A stretch of 64,000 nt of DNA from Terrimicrobiaceae bacterium (GTDB lineage: Bacteria; Verrucomicrobiota; Verrucomicrobiia; Chthoniobacterales; Terrimicrobiaceae): NCBI GenBank assembly GCA_041752695.1, contig JBGSVZ010000102.1:33749-97748 (forward strand), given 5' to 3'. This document shows positions 42,171 through 51,449 of this stretch, one piece after another (the stretch's first letter is position 1; each line of letters begins with the position of its first letter). Under the pieces are notes generated by a model. The model was not told the origin of the DNA, made no database searches, and was given only the letters and a program-made list of their open reading frames with translations. Position numbers and translations under genes: made by a program.

Positions 42171-43832
42171 ATGCGCCGTCAACCACCTTTCAACCTTCGT
42201 TCTCTGCGGTCATTCGTTTTCCTGATGTTTGCAGCGACATCCCTCCAAATTCCTAGCTATGCCGATTCCCCAAGTTTTTTACGGCGGGGCGATCGGTGGG
42301 TTATGGTTGGGGATAGCATCACCCACAATGACCTCTACCGACGGAAAGTTGAGTCGGTTTTTCGACATTTCCATCCCGATGAACCCTTGATTTTTTCCCA
42401 AGCAGGGATTTCAGGGGTGACTTCAGAACACCGTTTTGATGAGGCTGCCGCCAGCGAGGCGACCGTTGTCAGCATCATGCTTGGGATGAATGATTTTATT
42501 AACAGCGACATGGCCTTCGGTAAGGATCCGCAGCCATATCTCAACGCCTATCGGAGAAGTATGGAGCAAAAAGTCAAAGAGTTTCGCGGCAAAGGAGCGG
42601 CTGTCCTGCTCATGTCTCCCACCAAGACCGACCCACGACTGGATCATCTTTTATACGAGTTGCGTGGGGGGGAGACTTTCCTTGATTCTTGCGCCTCTAT
42701 TCTTCAAGAAATTGCCGCTGAAAATGATGAGGTTTACTATCTTCCGGTTCAGGAAGAGTTCGATCGGCTAGACCGAACCTTAGGTCCTAATCAAATTCTC
42801 CGCCCTGACGGGGTGCATCCATCCGGACCTGGACAATATCAAATCGCTCGCACACTCTGGAATCACCTCAATGTGGCTGGGAATGTCAGAGCCACGGGAC
42901 CCCGCGCCATTTTCCCGGTCCCTCCTCCCCCTCCCTTGCAAGTGACCCTTGCTGACACAATGCTCAAATCGCCCGGAGGCAGCTTGGATCTTATACTCAA
43001 AACGGACCAGACACTCAAAGTTCAGGCGACCTGGAGTTGGGGAACCAGTCGCGGAAGAGCGACCATTGATTTGGCCCCTGGAGAAACCCGCTGGCGAGTT
43101 CCCTTGCCGGTGGATCGATTGGAAATGAAGCCGGGACAACTCTCCGATGTGGTCGTTGATTTCGAATCCGATGGCAAGCGCATCGTCCATGTAATTGACC
43201 TTTCGTGCGCGCCCGTCATTCATGCAAAAGACGGGGTTGTCGCGGGAGAGATTTTTTCAAATGGCCCACGACCGGAGGGCCGGCTTATGGGCACTTGGAC
43301 GCTTCGGCTGGAGGGAAGGGGGCTCCTGATTTCCGGTGAGGTCATCGACAAGAGTCTCACGGGCGAGGGAGACTGGCCATGGGCTCGCGATGGGGTGGGA
43401 ATCTGGCTGGATCTCAGACCGGGGAAGAGATTTGCGGGAACCGGGATCGATGAAGACGTTTCCTTTACTCTCTTGAACGTTATCGACAAGCCGTTCTTCG
43501 GCTGTTCGCTCATCCCATGGCTTGGACGTGGCATGATACTGGCGGCAGACCACGGTGCTGAACGCACACCTACCGGCTACAAGTGGCATCTGTGGATCCA
43601 CCGAAAGTTTTCCAACCATACTTCCGCCGACTTCACCAATCGGGATTTCATCGGCTTGAACATGGTTATTACAGATGAGGAAATGGGAGCCAGCGGCCGA
43701 CCATTTGTGGTGTCCGGCGTTGCATTTCAACCTGGGAACAACGCCATCGACAAACACCCCAACGCCCTCATTCTAGTGGATTTGGGTAACAAAATCTCAG
43801 GGGAGCAGGTTATCCACGCTTCCCTATTTTAG
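42171..43832 (+). CDS. Secreted SGNH/GDSL hydrolase with a C-terminal CBM9/DOMON-like domain
   Basis: GDSIT, AGISG, LGMND, DGVHP; C-terminal WARDGVGIWLD...IGLNMVITD. Confidence 0.8.
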   Translation: MRRQPPFNLRSLRSFVFLMFAATSLQIPSYADSPSFLRRGDRWVMVGDSITHNDLYRRKVESVFRHFHPDEPLIFSQAGISGVTSEHRFDEAAASEATVVSIMLGMNDFINSDMAFGKDPQPYLNAYRRSMEQKVKEFRGKGAAVLLMSPTKTDPRLDHLLYELRGGETFLDSCASILQEIAAENDEVYYLPVQEEFDRLDRTLGPNQILRPDGVHPSGPGQYQIARTLWNHLNVAGNVRATGPRAIFPVPPPPPLQVTLADTMLKSPGGSLDLILKTDQTLKVQATWSWGTSRGRATIDLAPGETRWRVPLPVDRLEMKPGQLSDVVVDFESDGKRIVHVIDLSCAPVIHAKDGVVAGEIFSNGPRPEGRLMGTWTLRLEGRGLLISGEVIDKSLTGEGDWPWARDGVGIWLDLRPGKRFAGTGIDEDVSFTLLNVIDKPFFGCSLIPWLGRGMILAADHGAERTPTGYKWHLWIHRKFSNHTSADFTNRDFIGLNMVITDEEMGASGRPFVVSGVAFQPGNNAIDKHPNALILVDLGNKISGEQVIHASLF

Positions 43833-43872
43833 CCAAATTCAATAGGAGATCTCCAGGAAGGAGCCAAGGATT

Positions 43873-44465
43873 TTACCACGCAATATCAGGCTGGCGTGCC
43901 CGTTTCCTTACAGGCTGAAAAAGCGACGTTCCTAGGAAAAAAGGCCATGTCAGCCCCCCCTCTTCGGACCCGCCGCTTCCTTCACAGTCACGCCGCAGGA
44001 ATTCAGAAAGACTGGCTCCACAGACGCCGTGGCATTCCATGGACCACCCTTCTCGCCCCCTGCAAGGCTGATCCGGAAACTCCAGAGTCTCACCGCGAGA
44101 CTCCTTATTTTCCTCGGAGCCCATCACAAACGCACAATCTCTCCAATTACCGCTGGCAAACTACCGCCAGACATCATTGATGCCAATCATCAAGCACAGA
44201 ACGTCCGGCTGGAGGTCAAGAACATCAATCTGCCAACGCGCGGATACATCGCGCACAGTGTTACCAGAAATCCCTTTATTGAAGACACGAATACCTGCCT
44301 CTGGGCAGGCGGCGGTCAGCCTTGCCCACACTCGGGACACATAACCACTACCCAATCCATTTGGAAGCCAGGGTGAGGATTCAGCGGATACATCGCGAGC
44401 AGCATCGGTTATCGAGTCACCGATGAATACAAGCCGGGCAGAATGCGGAATTTTCAGAATAATAC
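43873..44465 (-). pseudogene. Degraded SGNH hydrolase
   Basis: FIGDSITD, GLGSGYV, NKGISGN and IGINDVWR, then an in-frame TAG at 44161-44163; I found no downstream DxxH block. Confidence 0.75.
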
Positions 44466-44476
44466 GTCGCAAGCAG

Positions 44477-47032
44477 TTAGATGATTGGATTTTTGATACG
44501 TCGTGTTTTAGCCCATCCAGCCAACTCATTACCGACACGCAGGACAGTCGGCTTACCGAAGGAAATTGGCCAGGGGAGCTCGGTGGGAATTCCGGGCAGG
44601 ATGTCGAAAAAATTATCCGTCAACGGGAGGTGCCCGTCGAGGTCGAGGCAGACGCGCCAGGCCACACTATCACAGGTAAAGGTGGCGATTTCATTTTTGT
44701 GGTGGACCTCGATGCGTGCCTCCGGCCAATCCATCTCGCGGAAAAGCGGAAGAATAAGCGTGTCACGAGCCACTTCTTTCCCGCCCACCATGAGACGGGC
44801 AAAAGCCACGTGCGATTTCACGCCGAGTTCATCCCAACGAGCTGTAGAAAACTCGGCAACCATTGTAGCGGCGTTGGAGGGAATCTCCACGGGCTGCGTG
44901 ACCGAGTGGGGAAAGTCTCCAAATAAACTGACAAGCCCGAAATGCAGCTCAGCGTCAATGCACCGACCGTCGTTCACTGCAAAAATGCGCACAATGTCGT
45001 CGTCACGCACAACGAAGACCGCCAGCGAGGCCATCGCCCGTCGCACCGGCCAGAATGCCGGCGTGCGGCACCCTAGCGCATCCGCAATGCCCCAACTCCG
45101 CGTTGCCGGCCACGCTTCATTGAACATCCAGAAAACCGCCGCCGAACTCGTGAACATGCGGCGGCGGAAGTTACGGATTCCCTCGGCCAAAGCCGATCCC
45201 TGAACGATCCCGCCAAAAAATACGTAATCCTCGATACTCACTTGCTTGATGGAGACCCCGAGCGATTCCTCAAAAATGCGGTCTGGCGTGTAAGGCGGAA
45301 TGCTGTCCCAGGAACTAAGGGAATTGTCGTGTATCTCCCATGCAAAGGTGCCAGGACGCTCCGGCCCGCCCGCAAGGGCCGCACGGACTGCGGGAAGGCT
45401 GTTCGGCCCAAGAAACCCCCACTCGCTCGGAAACCGGCAGACCATGTCCCGATACTTGCGAAAATCAGTCTCGCCGAACCCGATTTGCCAGGCGTGCTGG
45501 TCACCGCAGAGATCGGAATTTGGATTCTCGCCGTCCGGCGACCATGGGGAGCTGGGCTGGTAATACCGCCCCGGATCTTCCTGCTGCAGCAATCGCGGGA
45601 AAACGAGATGGAAAAGTGCGTGATCGGGATGGGCGATTCCTTTCTCGAAGCCCCAGTCCCAGGCGGCCCACTCCATTTCATTGTTTCCGCACCAGGCAAT
45701 GAGCGATGCATGGTGCCGGAGCCGTCGCACCTGGTGCCTGACTTCGTCTTGAACATCCTGCAAAAAAACCTCGTCGGTAGCCGGATATTTCGCGCAGGCA
45801 AAAATGAAATCCTGCCAGACTAAGATTCCCTGCTCGTCACAAAGATCATAAAAATCGTCGCTCTCATAGAGCCCGCCACCCCAGACCCGAAGGAAATTGA
45901 AGTTGGCCTCGAGCGCAAGAGCGATGTTAGCCGCGTGACGAGCGCGGTCAATTCTGCTCAGGAGGAGATCCGTCGGCACATAATTCCCCCCCTTACAGAA
46001 TACCGGCTTCCCGTTGACCCTGAGCGTGAATCTCCGCCCACCTTCCGGCAAGGGATCCTGGCAAAACTGAATATGCCGGAAGCCCACACGGTGGCTGCCG
46101 ATCCCGACCAGATTCCCCTCATGACGGACTTCGATTTCCACCTTATACAGTGCTTGATCCCCATGGCCGACCGGCCACCATAGCGCCGGATTCTCGACGG
46201 GAACTCGAACCTCCAGAGCTTGCCGTCCGGCTTCAATAGCGGCGATCTGCTTCACCTCCGCGCCTGCCACCTTCACCGTGATCTCCAACTCGCAGGGATT
46301 CGGAACATCCACAAAAATCCGTACTTCCACAGTCCCGGACCTGAGATTCTCCGCCAAATCGACGCTGACGGATGATCGCTCCCAGCGTGGGCCGTTCTTA
46401 ATTTCCAACGCGACGGAACCGGGGATGCCGACATTCAGAAGCCGTGGTGCCCAATCCCAGCCGTGCTGGCTTTGGGTTTTTCGCATCCACGGCATTTTGG
46501 TCAGCAGGTAGTTTGTCTTCACTCCCAAACCCGCCGCCGACCGGTCGCGAGTGAGGTAAAGCCCCGACTCAATTTCCACGATGAGTTCGTTCTCGCCATC
46601 CACAAGCTGCTTCGTGACCTCAGCTTCAAACGGACGAAATGCATTCGCATGCTCGCCCACGAATTTCCCATTGAGCAGGATGCGCGCCGCAAGATCAAGT
46701 TTCTCGAAGCGCAGCCAGGCACGACTCCCTGTCGAAACCGCTGTGCAGGAAAATGTCCGCCGATAAATCCAAATCGTCTCCTCAACCCAGCGACACGCCA
46801 ACACATTCGTTCCCAAGTTGGGATCGGGAATCACCCCGGTTGCCAAAAGAGCACCGTGCACACATCCCGGCACCTCCGCTTCCCATCCCCGAGTCCAATC
46901 CACGCCGCCTGAGGCAACCCGGTCAGAACGCTCTCCCCGTTCCCCGTCATTCCACCTCAATTTCCAAAGCCCGTCCAACGAAAGAACCCGCGACCAATGC
47001 GATAGGGGGCTTGGAGGTGCGATGCTTGACAT
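44477..47032 (-). CDS. GH2 beta-mannosidase-like glycoside hydrolase
   Basis: GWDWAP, KGGNYVP, LRVWGGG, VWQDFIF, WCGNNE, FPSEWG. Confidence 0.88.
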   Translation of the reverse strand: MSSIAPPSPLSHWSRVLSLDGLWKLRWNDGERGERSDRVASGGVDWTRGWEAEVPGCVHGALLATGVIPDPNLGTNVLACRWVEETIWIYRRTFSCTAVSTGSRAWLRFEKLDLAARILLNGKFVGEHANAFRPFEAEVTKQLVDGENELIVEIESGLYLTRDRSAAGLGVKTNYLLTKMPWMRKTQSQHGWDWAPRLLNVGIPGSVALEIKNGPRWERSSVSVDLAENLRSGTVEVRIFVDVPNPCELEITVKVAGAEVKQIAAIEAGRQALEVRVPVENPALWWPVGHGDQALYKVEIEVRHEGNLVGIGSHRVGFRHIQFCQDPLPEGGRRFTLRVNGKPVFCKGGNYVPTDLLLSRIDRARHAANIALALEANFNFLRVWGGGLYESDDFYDLCDEQGILVWQDFIFACAKYPATDEVFLQDVQDEVRHQVRRLRHHASLIAWCGNNEMEWAAWDWGFEKGIAHPDHALFHLVFPRLLQQEDPGRYYQPSSPWSPDGENPNSDLCGDQHAWQIGFGETDFRKYRDMVCRFPSEWGFLGPNSLPAVRAALAGGPERPGTFAWEIHDNSLSSWDSIPPYTPDRIFEESLGVSIKQVSIEDYVFFGGIVQGSALAEGIRNFRRRMFTSSAAVFWMFNEAWPATRSWGIADALGCRTPAFWPVRRAMASLAVFVVRDDDIVRIFAVNDGRCIDAELHFGLVSLFGDFPHSVTQPVEIPSNAATMVAEFSTARWDELGVKSHVAFARLMVGGKEVARDTLILPLFREMDWPEARIEVHHKNEIATFTCDSVAWRVCLDLDGHLPLTDNFFDILPGIPTELPWPISFGKPTVLRVGNELAGWAKTRRIKNPII

Positions 47033-47078
47033 GAATTTAATCTGAACCCAATCTGATTTTTTATTCAAAACAATTTCG

Positions 47079-47717
47079 ATGAAGATTCTTTTCCAAGGCG
47101 ATTCGATTACCGATGCCTTTCGCAAACGCGACGAAATCAATCCGGCCTATCAGTTGGGTAATGGATACGCATTTCTGGTCGCGGCGGGCTTGGCATGTCG
47201 CGAACCCGGTCGGGGATGGGATTTCGTGAACCGTGGTGTGAGTGGCAACAAGCTTGCAGACATGGCCGCCCGCTGGGAGTTCGACACCATTGATGTCAGA
47301 GCCGATATATTCTCACTGCTTGCTGGTGTGAATGACACGATTCATCATTTCCAATGCGGCGGCTCACTGACGGATACGGAGACCTTTATTGATAGCTACA
47401 GCACACTTTTGAATCGCGTACAGGCTGTCCGTCCCGACACCAAAATCATCCTTTTGGAACCTTTTCTCCTCGAAGTTGGCGACGTCACATCCGTTTGGAA
47501 AGAACACCTCAAGCCCCGTCAGGAGGGGATAGCCGAGATAGCCTCGCGACGCAATTTGCCGCTCGTCCCGCTTCAACGCCTTTTCGACGATGCTCAAGAA
47601 TCGGCCCCCAGTGCCCTTTGGGCATACGACGGCATCCACCCGACCCACGCGGGATGCCAACTCATTGCGGATGCATGGTTGCGCACGGCGCACGCAGCTG
47701 GGTATTTAGCGGCTTAA
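47079..47717 (+). CDS. Cytoplasmic SGNH/GDSL esterase
   Basis: FQGDSITD, NRGVSGN, GVND, DGIHP. Confidence 0.9.
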   Translation: MKILFQGDSITDAFRKRDEINPAYQLGNGYAFLVAAGLACREPGRGWDFVNRGVSGNKLADMAARWEFDTIDVRADIFSLLAGVNDTIHHFQCGGSLTDTETFIDSYSTLLNRVQAVRPDTKIILLEPFLLEVGDVTSVWKEHLKPRQEGIAEIASRRNLPLVPLQRLFDDAQESAPSALWAYDGIHPTHAGCQLIADAWLRTAHAAGYLAA

Positions 47718-47763
47718 TGTTGATTGATGAAATTCCAATGATACTGCTTACAGCCTACTAGCG

Positions 47764-48936
47764 ATGAAGAGTGTGACATCGTCCAACTCCACACCGCAGT
47801 ATTCATTTTTGACCGGAGGACCGGCACTCGCGATTGCGATGTGGGATTTTTCGTGGTTGGAGCGCCGCTGGCCTGGAGCCGGCTACGAGGATTGGGATAT
47901 TGCCCTCGATGAACTCGCCGAACGCGGTTACAATGCCCTGCGGATTGATGCCTATCCTCATCTTGTGGCGGCTGGCGCGGAGCGGGAGTGGGAGCTTCTG
48001 CCTGAATGGTCTACAAACGACTGGGGTGCTCCCGCGCGCACTCGTGTGACAATCCTTCCCGCATTATTGGAGTTCCTCGAAAAATGCCGGTCACGAAAAA
48101 TCTTCGTGGGCCTTTCAACTTGGTTTCGCCAAGACCTCCAAAATCATCGCCTTTTGATTCCGACACCAGCCTCCCATGCCTCAATTTGGATTGAGACACT
48201 GGACCGTATTCAGGAGGAGGGCCTGATTGACGTCATCTCTTTTGTCGATCTTTGCAATGAGTGGCCGATTGATGTTTGGGCTCCGTTTTTTAGAGTGCCG
48301 GCAGCGGAATCACGCGAATGGGCTGCCCCCACCCCAATGCACTGGATGCAGGAGGCATGTGGTTTGGTCCGCACCCATTTCCCCGCCCTGCCGCTCACCT
48401 TCTCTCTCACAACAGACCCGACATCTTCCCACACGGCTAGTCGCCCATCCGGGATCGACTTCCTCGAACCCCACATCTGGATGGTGACTTCGAGCGATTT
48501 TTACCAGCGTATCAATTACAATTACGAGCGCTTCGACCTCTCGGGTTACGGGCGACTTGCGCTCCACGGAGAAGCCCTATATCGCAGCGATCCCAGTCAC
48601 TGGCAAAAAATTCTCACCGATGCGATCGCACAAAATGCCGAATGGTCGCGAGCTACCGGGCTCCCGCTCGTTACGACCGAATGCTGGGGCGTGGTTGATT
48701 TCAAAGACTGGCCGCTGCTAGATTGGGGCTGGGTGAGGGAACTTTGCGAGATAGGGGTCGAAGCAGCCGCAGCCACCGGGTGCTGGGCTGCAATGGCCAC
48801 CAGCAACTTCTGCGGCCCACAATTCCGTGGCATGTGGCGAGATGTGGACTGGCATCAAAAGCAAACGACCAAAATCCGGCACTCTCGCCTCCCAGATGGA
48901 CAGCCGCTCCGCATGGCTGGAATTGCAAAGGGATAA
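47764..48936 (+). CDS. Cellulase-like family protein (clan GH-A-like)
   Basis: MWDFSWLERRWPGAGYEDWD, LRIDAYPH, DLCNE (acid/base-like), TTECWG (nucleophile-like). Confidence 0.75.
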   Translation: MKSVTSSNSTPQYSFLTGGPALAIAMWDFSWLERRWPGAGYEDWDIALDELAERGYNALRIDAYPHLVAAGAEREWELLPEWSTNDWGAPARTRVTILPALLEFLEKCRSRKIFVGLSTWFRQDLQNHRLLIPTPASHASIWIETLDRIQEEGLIDVISFVDLCNEWPIDVWAPFFRVPAAESREWAAPTPMHWMQEACGLVRTHFPALPLTFSLTTDPTSSHTASRPSGIDFLEPHIWMVTSSDFYQRINYNYERFDLSGYGRLALHGEALYRSDPSHWQKILTDAIAQNAEWSRATGLPLVTTECWGVVDFKDWPLLDWGWVRELCEIGVEAAAATGCWAAMATSNFCGPQFRGMWRDVDWHQKQTTKIRHSRLPDGQPLRMAGIAKG

Positions 48937-49027
48937 CTCTGGAGAAAAAGAATCGATTCAGATGTCTTGAGTGACCCAATCGGGTGGGGGAATTCCTCCG
49001 TCAGCCAACAGCGAGGTTCACCCTCTG

Positions 49028-51316
49028 TCAAAATTCATCGTAGGCGATCTGTGACGACGGGACACCGAATTGGGCAAGCATTTTGGTGCAGGCTTTAATC
49101 ATCATCGGCGGGCCGCATAGGTAATACTCAGCGGCCTTCGGATTCGGATGGTTTGCGAGATGGTTGGTTTGCACCACTTCGTGAATAAACCCTGTGAGAT
49201 CATGCCAGGCATCGTTCGGCAAGGGCGAGGAAAGGGCGACGTGAAATGAAAAATTGGAATGCTCCCGCGCGAGGGTCTCAAAGTAGTCTTGATAAAACAG
49301 CTCCTGTTTCGAGCGCGCGCCGTACCAGAAGCTGACTCTTCGTGCGGTCTTTTCGGTTTCAAAAAGATGGGAGAGGTGAGCCCGCAAGGGTGCCATGCCA
49401 GCCCCTCCGCCTATGTAGATCATCTCCCTTTGAGTCGGCTTGATGTGAAAATCTCCAAACGGTCCGATCGCAGTGACTGTGTCGCCGGGCTTCAAATTGA
49501 AAACATAACTTGAACCGATACCCGGCGGGCAGTCTTGTCCAATTGGTGGAGTGGCAATGCGGACGTTGAAACGGAGAGTGCGCTCCGTACTCTGGTTGCT
49601 GGCCAGAGAATAATTATTGCGTCGCCCCGGCTGGGGTGACGGATTGCGACTCACCAAATCAAAGATATGCTGGTTTCTCCACACGGTCGCGTAAGGCTCG
49701 GGAATATTGAAATCCGAGAATCTTATCTCTTTGTATGCAGGAATATCGATCTGGAGGTAATCTCCGGGGGTGAATTCAACTCTCTGAGCCATATCGATTG
49801 GCTCGAGAATCAGCTCTTTGATAAATGTGGACACACTGCAATTGCTGACAACGCGAAGGTGATAGATTTCCGATTCACGGGCACCAGCCCCAGCGGCTTG
49901 GACAACATTCAGCCAGATGCGGCCTTGGCGTTCTTCGATGAAATATGTAGCCAATCCCCGGCAGATGGGCGCACGCGCGGGAGAGCCGTCGGCAAGGTTG
50001 AAGCGCCCATTGTGTTTTGGGCATTCGATGATTTTTCCAATGACGAGGCCGTCGGCGAGATGAGTGTTTCCGTGGGTGCAAACGCCGTCCGTGGCATAAA
50101 GTATTCCTCCTTCATCCCGGATGAGGGCGTAGGTTTTTTTTCCGTGGTCGAAACGGATGACGTCACTTTTTCCAAGATCAGCTGCCGCACAAACCTCGAT
50201 CCATCCAGTGCCATCGGGCCTGGCATCGCTGGAGGGGAAGTGCTCATCAGCAGGGGACACGGGCTCGGGCAGTTTGCGTTTTACGTAATATGCGGGGTCT
50301 TTGGTCTGGCGAAGGAGAGTTGGAACGATCTCCGACCAAGCTTGAACTAAGCTTGAATAGGGCTGCGGACAATCATGCTTCACCGCCTCGTGCAGCTTCG
50401 GCAAGTTGTGGTAGGGCACGAGCGGGAACATGTGGTGCTCGAGATGGTAATTCATGTTCCAATATAGATAACGATTGATCAGGTTCATCTTGACCGTGCG
50501 GCAGTTCATCCGGTGATCGAGCACGTTTTCCGCCAATCCAGCATGCTGAGTGAGCCCGTAAATGATCATGAGCCAGGAACCGAAAAAATTGGGCAGGCCG
50601 ATAAAGAGAATTGGAAGAATACTCCGGGTGACGATCGCCAATCCGATGACGGCGAGATAGATCCCAACATAGATGCGAGCTTTCAGGAAAATCTTGGGAG
50701 ATTCGCTTTTGGGAATGAAAGTCATTTCATCGGCGGTCATTTTTCCAACGGCGTGACGCAGAATACTTTTGAAAAAGTTCGGATAAGTCTGAAGAGAAAA
50801 AACTCCCATGAAAATGGCAAGCAGATCAGGCGGGCGTGGTGCGACAATCTCTGGATCGCGCCCGACGATGATGGTATCGCTATGGTGACGGGTGTGACTC
50901 CAGCGCCAGACGGTGGATTCGCGCATGACCATAAATGATGCGATTTCATAGAGCGCATCATTCATCCAATCCGACTTGAAGGCCGTCCCATGGCCGGCCT
51001 CATGCCAGCGGGAATCGGACGTCGATCCGTAGAGCACGGCATAGAGGAGATAGGGCAGGGCTGCCCACCATGAGCCCCATAAGGCGATGGTTGCTCCAGC
51101 TGATGCAAAAATCAGTGCAAACCACAAGACGGTGTCTCTCACGGCAGGGCCGTTGCGGCGAACAAGAAGTTTGCGCATGGTCTCGCGCGGCACCGGGCAT
51201 TGATACCATTCGGCCTCGGCCAAACCACGTTCGATGGCACGGATTGAGTCTTCCCCCGTGAGGCTATAGTCGAGCTTTTTAGGGGGACCGGTCAGGGGGA
51301 GGGTTTCTGCACTCAT
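49028..51316 (-). CDS. Fusion of fatty-acid-desaturase/MocD-like di-iron domain, Rieske ferredoxin (MocE-like) and NqrF-like FAD/NAD reductase (762 aa)
   Basis: His boxes HEAGH, HTRHH, HLEHH; Rieske CTHG...CPKH; reductase RNNYSLA, NVRIATPP, GPFGDF, GGGAGMAP, YLCGPPMM, DEF. Confidence 0.9.
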   Translation of the reverse strand: MSAETLPLTGPPKKLDYSLTGEDSIRAIERGLAEAEWYQCPVPRETMRKLLVRRNGPAVRDTVLWFALIFASAGATIALWGSWWAALPYLLYAVLYGSTSDSRWHEAGHGTAFKSDWMNDALYEIASFMVMRESTVWRWSHTRHHSDTIIVGRDPEIVAPRPPDLLAIFMGVFSLQTYPNFFKSILRHAVGKMTADEMTFIPKSESPKIFLKARIYVGIYLAVIGLAIVTRSILPILFIGLPNFFGSWLMIIYGLTQHAGLAENVLDHRMNCRTVKMNLINRYLYWNMNYHLEHHMFPLVPYHNLPKLHEAVKHDCPQPYSSLVQAWSEIVPTLLRQTKDPAYYVKRKLPEPVSPADEHFPSSDARPDGTGWIEVCAAADLGKSDVIRFDHGKKTYALIRDEGGILYATDGVCTHGNTHLADGLVIGKIIECPKHNGRFNLADGSPARAPICRGLATYFIEERQGRIWLNVVQAAGAGARESEIYHLRVVSNCSVSTFIKELILEPIDMAQRVEFTPGDYLQIDIPAYKEIRFSDFNIPEPYATVWRNQHIFDLVSRNPSPQPGRRNNYSLASNQSTERTLRFNVRIATPPIGQDCPPGIGSSYVFNLKPGDTVTAIGPFGDFHIKPTQREMIYIGGGAGMAPLRAHLSHLFETEKTARRVSFWYGARSKQELFYQDYFETLAREHSNFSFHVALSSPLPNDAWHDLTGFIHEVVQTNHLANHPNPKAAEYYLCGPPMMIKACTKMLAQFGVPSSQIAYDEF

Positions 51317-51449
51317 GGGATAGTCACTCGGGGGATAGTCCAGACTCTGGGAGAGAGTCGGAAAATGCAATACTAAATCCAAACTGTATTTTTTCTGATT
51401 ATTTTTGCTTGTTTTTTCATCGGTGTCTCGATCTAAATCCGCGTGTGCC

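Noticed and set aside
49028..49880. nqrF of a Na+-translocating NADH:quinone reductase
   Set aside because: No nqrA-E nearby, no NqrF TM anchor or 2Fe-2S domain, and the module is fused to desaturase and Rieske domains.
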